From Chitinophagales bacterium (GTDB lineage Bacteria; Bacteroidota; Bacteroidia; Chitinophagales; Chitinophagaceae): DNA of 64,000 nucleotides. A model generated the notes under the pieces. It saw only the letters and a list, made by a program, of their open reading frames with translations. It had not been told where the DNA came from and ran no database searches. Position 1 is the first letter of the stretch, and every line of letters begins with the position of its first letter. This document shows positions 30,023 through 40,300 of the stretch, in pieces. Made by a program: the position numbers and the translations under genes. The stretch lies in NCBI GenBank assembly GCA_038243445.1, contig JBBSRB010000001.1, positions 9,949-73,948 of the forward strand. The letters run 5' to 3'.

Positions 30023-30148
30023 AGAAAACAATCTTTGTACGCCATTGCAAAACAATACCGCGTAAGCCAGCAGCAAATAATAGAGTGGAATAGTTTAGAA
30101 AATACCGGCTTATCTGCAGGGCAGCAATTACGCATCAACACAAAATAA
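30023..30148 (+). pseudogene. Detached LysM domain remnant, same frame as the GH73 gene
   Basis: RKQSLYAIAKQYRVSQQQIIEWNSLENTGLSAGQQLRINTK*, separated from the main ORF by TAA at 29957, 29972 and 30020. Confidence 0.7.
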
Positions 30149-30149
30149 A

Positions 30150-30695
30150 ATGTCACGGATAAAGGTTCACGATAAAGAGTTTGATATATTTTTAACCGAA
30201 GAAAGAATTCAGCAAAAAATAGTCGAACTGTCGCGCCATTTAGAAAAAGATTACACCGATAAAAAGCCCCTTTTTATAGCCATTTTAAATGGAGCTTTTA
30301 TGTTTGCATCCGATATTTTTAAGCACCTGGCCATAGATGCGGAAATTTGTTTTATTAAGCTTGCTTCCTATAGGGGCATGAAGTCAACCGGTCATGTGGT
30401 TACTGCTATAGGGCTTGATGAAGACCTGTATAATCGCCATGTAATTATTATAGAAGATATTGTTGATACAGGTAAAACTCTATTTAATTTTCTTCCACAA
30501 CTGCGGCACCAGCAGCCTGCATCGTTAAAGATTGTTGCCTTGCTTCATAAGCCTGAAGCAGCTCAGTACAACCTGGAGGTAGATTACGTTGGCTTTAGCA
30601 TTCCCGATAAATTTGTGGTGGGTTTTGGGCTTGATTACGATGGTTTAGGTCGCAATTTGAAAGAAATTTACCAGTTGGCACCTTCCACCACTTGA
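30150..30695 (+). CDS. hpt: Hypoxanthine phosphoribosyltransferase
   Basis: ILNGAFMFASD, IIIEDIVDTGKT, FVVGFGLDY. Confidence 0.96.
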   Translation: MSRIKVHDKEFDIFLTEERIQQKIVELSRHLEKDYTDKKPLFIAILNGAFMFASDIFKHLAIDAEICFIKLASYRGMKSTGHVVTAIGLDEDLYNRHVIIIEDIVDTGKTLFNFLPQLRHQQPASLKIVALLHKPEAAQYNLEVDYVGFSIPDKFVVGFGLDYDGLGRNLKEIYQLAPSTT

Positions 30696-30737
30696 CAGGA
30701 ACATTAATAGGTTGTATCTTTTGCGGCTAAATATCAA

Positions 30738-32477
30738 TTGAAACGCCTGTTCTATATCGCTGTGTTATGGTCTCTTCCCCTGTTTGCGAGTGCGCAATAT
30801 TATTTAAGAGGGGAAATAAAAGATGAAAGCGGCCGCACATTGCCAAATGCCACTATTTTGCAATGCAGCAGCGGTTATTTGTTTCACTCCGGCGCTTCCG
30901 GCGGCTTTGGCATTCCTGCTTTTAAGGAAGTAGATACGCTTGTTTTTTCCCTTGATGGGTTTCAAAAAAAGAAATTGCCCGTTTCTGCTGCGGAGTTTGC
31001 TACCATCGTTTTAAAAACCGGCTCTAAAAAAGTTTCAAAAGGTTTTAAGCTGGCTTCGCTAACAAAAGATCTGAAAAGGGAAATACAGCAGCAGTGGTTT
31101 GCCGGCGATGAAACCTATGCCTCCACAATAGAAAATCAAATTATTTCGGCACACCAATATCCTTCTACAGGTTTAACGCTTAACGTGGACAGGGCTTCGT
31201 ACAGCAACATACGCAGGTTTCTAAATACAAAAACCGTTGTGCCACCAGATGCCGTGCGCATAGAGGAAATGCTGAATTATTTTAATTTCGGCTATACAGA
31301 ACCTGCAGATGGCAAAACCTTTGAAATAGACGCGGCGCTTACGCAGTGCCCGTGGAACGGCGCAAACCAATTATTGTTTGCTACCATCAAATCAAAAAAA
31401 GTTCCGCTGGAAAACCTGCCGCCATCCAACCTGGTTTTTTTAATAGATATTTCCGGTTCCATGGATATGCCCAACCGCCTGCCACTTTTAAAAGCCGGCT
31501 TTAGAGGGTTGGTAACCAACCTGCGGGATATAGATTCTGTTTCTATTGTGGTGTACGGCGGCACCGTAGGCATTGCGCTAAATACTACTGGTGGCGGCGA
31601 AAAGCAAAAAATTTTAAACATAATAGATAGTCTGCAGCCGGGCGGCGCCACCCCGGGCGAATCGGGGGTTAAACTGGCATACAGCGTAGCCCGAAATCAT
31701 TTTATAAAAGGCGGCAATAACCGTGTAATACTGGCAACAGATGGCGATTTTAATGTGGGGCTGCGCAGCGAAAACGACCTGGAGGAACTGATTGCCGCGC
31801 AGCGTGAATCGGGTATTTACTTAACCTGCCTGGGCGTAGGAATGGGTAATTATAAAGACTCTAAAATCCAAACACTGGCCCAAAAAGGCAATGGTAATTT
31901 TGCTTATATAGATAGTTATGCAGAAGCGGAAAAAGTATTGCTGACCGAATTTTTGCAAACGCTTTATGCCATTGCCGATGATGTGTACCTAAATGTAGAA
32001 TTTGACCCGGCTTATATAAAAAGTTACCGGCTTATTGGTTTTGATAATAAAGTAGGCGCTATTAGAGACACGGCTGCCATTGTGGAAGGTGGCGAAATTG
32101 GCTCTGCTTTTTCTATGATGGTGGCTTTTGAAGTGGTTCCGGCACATCCGATTGCAGATAGCCTTGCTTTTGTGCAACCTGTTAAGTTTGCCTTGCAATA
32201 CAAACTACCAAATCACCAAAAGTTAATAGAACAAACCGAAAAACCTACTTTTCGGTTTATGCCCCTGGCGCAGCAACAAAAAATGTACGGTTTTGCCTGT
32301 GCCGTCATTGAATTCGGGTCGTTGCTTCGCAACTCGGGCTTTGTAAAAGAAGGCTCCTGGAACAATGTGCTTTCGCTGGCCACTTCTTCGGTGGATAAAA
32401 ACAATATTTCTCAAATGGAGTTTCTTGAGCTGGTGCGCCAGGCCAAAATTATTTACAATAAAAAGCGAAAAAGATAA
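30738..32477 (+). CDS. Secreted VWA-domain protein, YfbK-like
   Basis: VDRASYSNIRRF, VRIEEMLNYF, MIDAS DISGSM, LATDGDFNVG, YRLIGFDN. TTG start. Confidence 0.88.
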   Translation: MKRLFYIAVLWSLPLFASAQYYLRGEIKDESGRTLPNATILQCSSGYLFHSGASGGFGIPAFKEVDTLVFSLDGFQKKKLPVSAAEFATIVLKTGSKKVSKGFKLASLTKDLKREIQQQWFAGDETYASTIENQIISAHQYPSTGLTLNVDRASYSNIRRFLNTKTVVPPDAVRIEEMLNYFNFGYTEPADGKTFEIDAALTQCPWNGANQLLFATIKSKKVPLENLPPSNLVFLIDISGSMDMPNRLPLLKAGFRGLVTNLRDIDSVSIVVYGGTVGIALNTTGGGEKQKILNIIDSLQPGGATPGESGVKLAYSVARNHFIKGGNNRVILATDGDFNVGLRSENDLEELIAAQRESGIYLTCLGVGMGNYKDSKIQTLAQKGNGNFAYIDSYAEAEKVLLTEFLQTLYAIADDVYLNVEFDPAYIKSYRLIGFDNKVGAIRDTAAIVEGGEIGSAFSMMVAFEVVPAHPIADSLAFVQPVKFALQYKLPNHQKLIEQTEKPTFRFMPLAQQQKMYGFACAVIEFGSLLRNSGFVKEGSWNNVLSLATSSVDKNNISQMEFLELVRQAKIIYNKKRKR

Positions 32478-32592
32478 GCGTAAAACTGGTGCGGCTTGTT
32501 TAAAAAAGCTGGCGTAAAAACCCTTCAAAAAGGGTCACCTGTAATTGACTTTACCCCTTTTTTAAAGGTTTTTAAATAGTAGAAATGTTTTT

Positions 32593-33276
32593 CTATCCTT
32601 GAATAAAGCGGCCTAAAAATGAATCATTTCCGTCTTCGGCGTGGCTTACATGATATACGTTTGAAAAAGCACCAACAACCGCCCGGCCGTTTTCCCATCT
32701 TAACTTATGCAGGTTCAAATCAATAACATCGGCCGGTTTTACCTTACGAAACATAGGGTGCATAGTGCCGCCGGTAACGCCTGCCGGTTTTGACGCATCG
32801 TACTGAAACTCCGGATCTACCAAGGTGCCCCGCGGGTACATAATGCCCGGAACGCCGCTGCCCCTGATATCGAGATCGCGGGGATGATGTAACCCAAGCG
32901 TATGGCCGTATTCGTGCGCGGCAGTGGTGGAACCTACATACAAATTTTCTAACTTGAAATAACCGCTGTTGCAGCCAAGTCCATCTACAAACGAAATATT
33001 ACCATGAACAAATTCTTCTATGCGAAAATAATTATTGCGTGCGTTAGTGTTTTGCAACACGTCTAATTCCGATAATTTAGGGTTGTGTTCGGCAGTAATT
33101 TTAAAACATACCAAAAAGGGTACGTTGTTTCGTAAAATAGTTGCCCGGGGTTCATTCCAAAGCGTCTCTATTTCGCTTTTTATTTGTTGAACAAGCTGCG
33201 GCGTTGCAGCCTCTCCATAACAAACAAGGTGCGAATGAATAGTCAGTATATTGTTGTAAATTTCTGCTTCTCCCAT
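32593..33276 (-). CDS. Hypothetical zinc metallopeptidase (metzincin-like)
   Basis: AAHEYGHTLGLHHP (HExxHxxGxxH) plus a downstream GIMYP Met-turn; no signal peptide evident. Confidence 0.7.
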   Translation of the reverse strand: MGEAEIYNNILTIHSHLVCYGEAATPQLVQQIKSEIETLWNEPRATILRNNVPFLVCFKITAEHNPKLSELDVLQNTNARNNYFRIEEFVHGNISFVDGLGCNSGYFKLENLYVGSTTAAHEYGHTLGLHHPRDLDIRGSGVPGIMYPRGTLVDPEFQYDASKPAGVTGGTMHPMFRKVKPADVIDLNLHKLRWENGRAVVGAFSNVYHVSHAEDGNDSFLGRFIQG

Positions 33277-33279
33277 AAC

Positions 33280-35661
33280 TTAGTTGCGCACCGGCTTACC
33301 ACTTTTAAGTACACTTTGTATGCGTTCCAGCGATTTTTTCTCGCTGCACAACGAAAGAAAGGCTTCCCTTTCCAGGTCAAGCAAATATTGTTCGGTTACC
33401 ATTTGCGGCTCGCTTAAATCGCCACCACACATTACATAAGCTAGTTTTTTTGCCACCAGCGAATCGTGGTCGGTAGCGTAGCCTGCCTGCCGCATGCCAT
33501 GAATGCCGGCGTATAAAGCGCCTAAAGCCGAACGGCCCAACACCTTAATGTCTTTGCGTAAAACCGGCTGTACATATCCGCTGTTCCAAAATTCGAGCAC
33601 CGATTTTTTTGCTTCTGATACACGTCGGTTTTGGTTCATAACCACTTCGTCTAATCCTTTACGATACACTCCCAAAGCAAACCCTTCGGCTGCCGATGTT
33701 GCCACTTTTGCAGTAGCAATGGTTAAAAACCGATTTTTTAAAGTGATGGTTTCCGGCTCATCTTCATGCATTTCATCGGAGGCCCGTAACACAAACTCTT
33801 TGGTTCCGCCACCGCCTGGAATTAAACCAACGCCCAACTCAACCAAGCCTGTATATGTTTCTGCCGCCGGGCAGCATTTATCGGCATGTAAGCTCATTTC
33901 GCAGGCACCGCCAAGCGCTAAACCATGCGGAGCCACCACCACCGGTATGGACGAATAGCGCACCCGCATCATGGTATTTTGAAACAAGCGAATGGCAAAT
34001 TCCAATTCGTCCCACTCTTGTTCTATAGCCAGCATAAAAATCATCCCCACGTTAGCGCCGGCGCTAAAGTTTGGCCCCTCATTGGCTATTACTAAGCCTT
34101 TATACCCCTTTTCGGCAAGTTCTATAGCTTTATTTATACCGGTTAATACATCGCCGCCAATAGAGCCCATTTTGGTATTCCATTGCAAGCCCAACACTTC
34201 ATCGCCAATATCAACCAGGTTGCAACTGTTATTTTTCCAAACTGTTTTATCGGCATAATTGCTTAAAATGATAAAGCTGTTGGCACCCGGTATTTCTTTG
34301 TAAGTTTTTGAGGCCGGATCGTAACTAAAACGTTTGCCGCCTTCTACTTTGAAAAATGAGTTATGTCCCGCCGTAATCATTTCGTCTACCCACAGAGCTA
34401 CTGTGTAACCGGCTTCTTTCATAGCTTGTGCTGTGCGGGCTACGCCCAATACATCCCAACTTTCAAAAGCGCCTATTTCCCAACCAAAACCGGCCATCAT
34501 TGCATCATCTATTCTATAAATTTCGTCGCTTATTTCGGGAATGCGGTGCGAGATGTAAGAAAACAATCCATAATGAAAATGCCGGTAAAACTCGCCTGCT
34601 TTATCGGGCGCAGCCACCAGTATTTTTAGCCTTTGTGCTAGGTCTTCCACACCTTTTGCTCCATCTACCGAAGCCCATTTTGGTTTTTGGCGCGGCTCGT
34701 AATCAAGCGTTTTTAAGTTGAGCGATAAGATTTCTTTTTCACCGCCGCTGCCTTTTATTTTTTTGAAAAAGCCTTGTCCGCTTTTATCGCCCAACCAGCC
34801 GTTTTCCACTATTTTATGTAACCATGCAGGTATTTGAAAGGTTTCTTTTGCTTCATCGTTCGGGCAGTTTTCGTAAACGCCATTGGCCACTTTTACCAGC
34901 GTATCAATACCTACCACATCGGCTGTACGAAACGTTGCCGATTTTGGCCGTCCAATAAGGGGACCGGTAAGCGCATCAACTTCATCTATGGTAAGGTTTA
35001 GCCTGTCTACCAATCCAAAAATGGCCATAATGCCGTATACGCCTATTCGGTTTGCAATAAAAGCAGGCGTATCTTTTGCCAGCACGGTTGCTTTTCCTAA
35101 AATCAAATCGCCGTAATGCATTAAAAAATCTACTACTTCAGGCGCTGTATCGGGAGTTGGAATAATTTCCAGCAGGCGCAGGTAGCGCGGTGGATTAAAA
35201 AAGTGGGTGCCGCAAAAATGTTTTTTAAAATCGTCGCTTCGTCCCTGGCTTAACAACCCAATGGGAATGCCCGATGTGTTGGAGGTAATGAGTGTTCCGG
35301 GTTTTCGGAGGTCATCTACTTTTTGGTAAAGCGCCTGTTTAACATCCAGGCGTTCCACCACCACTTCTATTACCCAATCGCAGGTAGCAATTTCTGCCAG
35401 GTTATCGTCGAAATTGCCGGAACTTACTTTTTTGGTAACATCTTTTGTATAGGCCGGCGAAGGGTTGCTCTTAAGCGCTGCCTGCAACGCATCATTCACT
35501 AATTTGTTACGGACCGGCGCGGCGGTGCTTTCTTTTGCTTCGGACGGCACTATATCTAACAATAACACAGGAACGCCTATACCTGCAAAATGCAGCGCAA
35601 TCCGCGAGCCCATAACGCCACTACCTAAAATGGCTACTTTTTTAATGATCCGTTTGCTCAT
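33280..35661 (-). CDS. 3-hydroxyacyl-CoA dehydrogenase/enoyl-CoA hydratase, FadN-like
   Basis: ILGSGVMGS, SNTSGIP, HFFNPPRYL, C-terminal crotonase domain (LGGACE, ELGVGLIPGGGG). Confidence 0.92.
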   Translation of the reverse strand: MSKRIIKKVAILGSGVMGSRIALHFAGIGVPVLLLDIVPSEAKESTAAPVRNKLVNDALQAALKSNPSPAYTKDVTKKVSSGNFDDNLAEIATCDWVIEVVVERLDVKQALYQKVDDLRKPGTLITSNTSGIPIGLLSQGRSDDFKKHFCGTHFFNPPRYLRLLEIIPTPDTAPEVVDFLMHYGDLILGKATVLAKDTPAFIANRIGVYGIMAIFGLVDRLNLTIDEVDALTGPLIGRPKSATFRTADVVGIDTLVKVANGVYENCPNDEAKETFQIPAWLHKIVENGWLGDKSGQGFFKKIKGSGGEKEILSLNLKTLDYEPRQKPKWASVDGAKGVEDLAQRLKILVAAPDKAGEFYRHFHYGLFSYISHRIPEISDEIYRIDDAMMAGFGWEIGAFESWDVLGVARTAQAMKEAGYTVALWVDEMITAGHNSFFKVEGGKRFSYDPASKTYKEIPGANSFIILSNYADKTVWKNNSCNLVDIGDEVLGLQWNTKMGSIGGDVLTGINKAIELAEKGYKGLVIANEGPNFSAGANVGMIFMLAIEQEWDELEFAIRLFQNTMMRVRYSSIPVVVAPHGLALGGACEMSLHADKCCPAAETYTGLVELGVGLIPGGGGTKEFVLRASDEMHEDEPETITLKNRFLTIATAKVATSAAEGFALGVYRKGLDEVVMNQNRRVSEAKKSVLEFWNSGYVQPVLRKDIKVLGRSALGALYAGIHGMRQAGYATDHDSLVAKKLAYVMCGGDLSEPQMVTEQYLLDLEREAFLSLCSEKKSLERIQSVLKSGKPVRN

Positions 35662-35936
35662 AAAAATTAGTTAGTTAAACAACTATTAGCGTGAAGTTAA
35701 GGCAAATCTGTTTTGAATATGTTCAATTTGCTCCTTACCGATACTATTTAAAAGCTTGTTTTTACCTGAATATACTAAGGGAACCTACAGATAAACACTT
35801 AAATTTATATCTATTTATTGTTAGAGTAACGGTGTGGTTAATGCCTTACGTACTTTTTCATGGCTGTTTGCATATTTTTTTTAAAAGCCCATGTTTTATT
35901 TACACCGCAACATCTGTTTCTTAAATTTAACTCTTA

Positions 35937-36974
35937 ATGGCCGATAGTTTGTTAAGCCGCATGACAGAGCACCTTGATTTTACGGGTGTTATTTTTTTGG
36001 TGTTGCAGCCGTGCGGAACTGTGGAATTAATAAATAAAAAAGGATGTACACTTTTGGGCTATTCGAAAGAAGAAATCGAAGGTAAAAACTGGTTTGATCA
36101 TTTTTTGCCGCCAGAAGAAAGACAAATTACCAAAAATTTTTTTTGCGAATTAATGTCTACGGCCACCGAAGCGCCGGACACTTATGAAAACTCAATTTTA
36201 ACTTCTGAAGGAAACATTCGAAGGATAGCCTGGCACAATGCTTTGTTGCGCGATGAAACCGGCCACTTACTTGGTTTGATTTGTTCGGGGCAGGATATTT
36301 CAGATAAAATAGTTTTGCAAAACAGATTAATTTTTCAGGAAACCGAACGGAAAAAGCAGTTGCTGGCGGCTGTGCTTGAAGCGCAGGAAAAAGAACGCCA
36401 GGAAATTGCTTATGAATTACACGACAACATAAACCAGATATTAACAAGCTGCAAATTGTTGCTGGAGCAGGAACTGCAAATTGCCAAACCTTCGCCCTAC
36501 GTGTTAAATACACACCAATATATTACAAGCGCTATTAACGAAATTCGCAACTTAAGTCATCGGTTGAGCCCTTCGCAGTTGAACGATCTGGGACTTGAAG
36601 AATCTATTAACGTGCTTATTGAACGGATCAATTCTTATGCTGATATTTGTATTAATTTCGCATTTCGCCCGGCGGAAGAAGATACGATTGTTGATCCGGC
36701 GTTATGTGTTTCGCTCCTGCGCATTGTGCAGGAACACTTAAATAATGTAATTAAACATTCGGGCGCTACCGAAGCCAACATCACCGTTGATTTGTCGGGC
36801 GAAACCGCCGACCTTGAAGTGCGTGATAATGGAAAAGGTTTTGATTTAAAAGAAACAAAAAGGGGGCTTGGCATAAACAATATTTACAACCGCGCTGAAT
36901 TCCATTCGGGGCAGGCTTATTTCAATACCTCGCCGGGCGATGGCTGCACCTTAAGTATTTGTATTCCGTTGTAG
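35937..36974 (+). CDS. PAS-domain sensor histidine kinase, HisKA_3 type
   Basis: PAS (GKNWFDHFL...IAWHN), H-box ELHDNINQ, N-box NVIKHS, DNGKGFD, GLGINNI. Confidence 0.9.
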   Translation: MADSLLSRMTEHLDFTGVIFLVLQPCGTVELINKKGCTLLGYSKEEIEGKNWFDHFLPPEERQITKNFFCELMSTATEAPDTYENSILTSEGNIRRIAWHNALLRDETGHLLGLICSGQDISDKIVLQNRLIFQETERKKQLLAAVLEAQEKERQEIAYELHDNINQILTSCKLLLEQELQIAKPSPYVLNTHQYITSAINEIRNLSHRLSPSQLNDLGLEESINVLIERINSYADICINFAFRPAEEDTIVDPALCVSLLRIVQEHLNNVIKHSGATEANITVDLSGETADLEVRDNGKGFDLKETKRGLGINNIYNRAEFHSGQAYFNTSPGDGCTLSICIPL

Positions 36975-37242
36975 GAAATAATTGAGTGGGTTTATAGAAT
37001 TATGTTCCATTCGCAATGCTCAATTTTCTGTTTTAAAAAAATCAGGTAACAAATAAGGCAACAGCAATTAACAAAGGTTTTCTATAAAAAGATATATATT
37101 GAAAACACTTGAAAAAGGGGTGTTTCTTTTAGCTTTACCTAATTAAAATCAATAATTTAAAAAGACTAATTTGAGAGAATTGGCTGCCGGCTGTAAACCC
37201 TTTTTGATGCCTTTTTTGATAGTTAGAAACATACAAAAAAGG

Positions 37243-37309
37243 GAGATTGCTTAGTTCATTTCAATAACATGTATATAAAAAGAGAGATTGCTTTGTGCCT
37301 TGCAAGAAA
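37243..37309 (-). repeat. Two degenerate copies of the GAGATTGCTTCG...GCAATGAC REP-like unit
   Basis: gagattgcttagttcatttcaataac (37243) and gagattgctttgtgccttgcaagaaa (37284) align without gaps to the copy at 23889. Confidence 0.5.
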
Positions 37310-37325
37310 AAATATTAATACCAAA

Positions 37326-40300
37326 TCATTCCCACTCTATAGGAGGCAGCGCCCTGTCTTTTAACTCCTGGTTGTAGCGTTTACGATACTTGCGGTTCTT
37401 TTTTATACCAATGCTTGTAGCCATGCCGCTAAAGGTCATTTTAGTTATGTAATTAAAAAACGAACGGTCGCGCAGGCGTTCAAAATACACCAGGCCGGTG
37501 CGGCCGCTGTTATTCTTTTTTATAATGAATGTATTGGCTAAAAAGCTAATGGCGTTTTGAAGAAAAGTTGATTTGTCTTCCTGCCCGTCTTTTACCAATT
37601 GAATGCGCAGGTTCCGGTAAAACATATTCATTTCGCCAAACGAAAGCTCCTCGCGGCCAATTGCTCTAAGATGAAGCGAATCTATTGTGCCCGATTTTAT
37701 AATCAGGTTCGAAAGTGGCGCCAGCACCGGGTTTAAAAACGTTAGCGAAGTAGGTTTCATGCGCAAAGTCATTAAAAACCCGTTTAAACTGTCGGTGTAC
37801 GACTGGCGCACGCGCAGGTTTAGTTGGGCCGAATCCATTAAAAAAGCCGAAAGGTTTAGTGTTAGTGAATCGGTTGCACCAATGTTTCGGTTTTTAATGT
37901 TGTATAAACCGCCGTTTAAGTTTGTTAAATAAAGAGTTCCTTCAGCTCGTGTTTTGGCGTTTCGTTCGGTGTAGGAAAGCAACCCGTTTTGCACGTTCAG
38001 CCTTTGTACGGCTACGGGCAACGTAATATTTTCAATCATATCTACCGGAAGCGGTTTTATTGTTCCACCTAAAAATGGCGGCTCTTTATCGCGGTAAATG
38101 GTAATTATAGGATTGCTTACGTTTATTGTATTTGCTTGCAGGGCACTGTCTTTTGTATATTTTTCCAGGTTAAAACCAGTAAATTTTACAGCGCCTGATT
38201 GAAACGTTATATAATCGGTTTGATAAGGAGATTTGGCTATAACAGAATCTCTTGGCTGCGTTGGGAAATAATTAAAAGAGTCCAGCGAAAGTGTTTGATC
38301 CTTAGAATTGTAATCGGCGCCAAACCAGTTTAGAGTGGTGTTGCTATCTGTGTAATTTCCGCTGCCTGTGCGCAGCCAGGCAGAAATATTATATTTAATT
38401 AACTCGTTAAAATTAGTTACGTAAGCCGATGAAAGATTGAAATTTCCGAGCGACAACTGGTTAAGCAAAAGGGTGCTGTTTGGTTTTCCTAAACGCAGGC
38501 TTGCAGGATTTTGCACATTTAAATTGTTCACCACTCCGCTCCACGTTGGTTTTGAACCTTTGTTAGATAGCTGAAGATTACTTAATTGCACATCCACAAT
38601 GCCTTTTTCTACTCCAATTACTTCGCCTGTTGGTTTTACAAAAGTTGCAGCCGTAGTTTTTGCAGATAAAGAACCTAACTGCACACCAGCCTCGTTAATC
38701 AACAAATTGGAAGCTAATATCAAACTGTTTTTTGAAGGGGGTAAACTGATGATCGAAACAGAATCGTTTTTATGAATTGAAATATTAACAACAGGTTCGC
38801 TGGCGCTGATGTTGTTTATTTGAATGATGTTTTTTGCAGGTGTCGCTTCTTTTTGTATGTCGTTGTGCCCCTTACTTACAGAAATAATTGGTTGCTGCAA
38901 GGCTACATTTTCTATCTGCAAATTGTTTGCGAGGAGCGCATTTAAATCGGCTGAAAAAACAATTTGCGGAGCTGTAAGGCTGACCGAATCTCTGCCCGTT
39001 ACCTGCTTGAAATTTACCGCCGATAGAAATGACGGCGCATTGCTAAAAATACCATATTCTGCGCCGGAAAAGCTTAAACCATTGCTTGCAACAGACAAAT
39101 TTTTTCCGCTTAAAGAAAGACCGCCAGTTGTTACAGCGTTGTTGCCGTGTTTACTTAGGTCTGCTATTTTTAAACTTTTGATATAAGTTGATGCAGAGGA
39201 GTTTTCATTGCTAAAAGTTAGTTGTGTATTGTTACCCGATACATTTTTTATTGAAAAACTTCCGGTACCCTTTTTTGAGCCTTTTGACGGGCTGTTTTTC
39301 AGGTTTATTGTGGCCGAACGCCAGGTAACTCCGTCCACCACTATTGTTTCTTCTAAATCATCGAGCAGCATATTTTTGATAACTACATTATTTACAACGC
39401 CTCGAACACTGTTGGCTGTGCTGCTTAACGATATCTTATCGGCAACAATTAAATTACCAGGTGTTGATCGAACGTTTTTTAATTGAGCCGTTACGCTTTT
39501 TAGTTTTAGTAAACCATTAGAAAAAGAAAGCTGGTCAATAGCTCTGCGCAGCCCTTCGCGGTTTTTTGATTGCAGCAGTTGATTGCTGTATAGGCTAAGG
39601 TTTGCATTTTGAAGTGTGAAAGAAGTGGCTGGGCCCAGCTTCATATTAATCTGGCCGTTTACCACGTTTACTTTATTTAGGGTAACCAAATTACCCACAC
39701 TTTCGAGAGCGGTAAATAAGTTTGTTTTGGTTTTAACCTTGTTGGAAGGCGCCGCAATGTAGTTTATAATGGGATTATACAATTGTGCTTCCTTTGCTTT
39801 TACATTTTGATTAAACACCAGTTCGTACCAATCCAATCCGGTTAATTCAAAATAAGGCACTTTAAAATCGCGGTAGTTGTGTTGTTGGCTGCGGCTTAAC
39901 TCAGTGGCTACAGTAAAATTAGTAAGTACAATTTTGTTGTTTGTAAAGTTTACGCTGTCAAATGTATAAGCCGCCGAACTATCGTCACTATACAAACGGT
40001 AATCTCTCACCAGCATATTAAAACTCTTTACCACTACAGGTTTGCTGGAGTCGGCGTTTATTCGAAGCCCACGCATTTCAAAATCGTCTTTGTTAGAATT
40101 AAACAGCGATCGGCTTTTTTTCCCAATGATGTTAATATGAATGCCGGCGTCTTTTACGCCAATGAAAGCAAGGTCAAGATCACCGGTTAGTTCCTGAACA
40201 ATCTGATCGGGGTTTAATCCTTCCTTTTTCTTTGAACCACCGCCGGCAGTATTCAGGTTAATTTCAAACAGAGGGTTTTCGCAATAAACCGAATCTGCTT

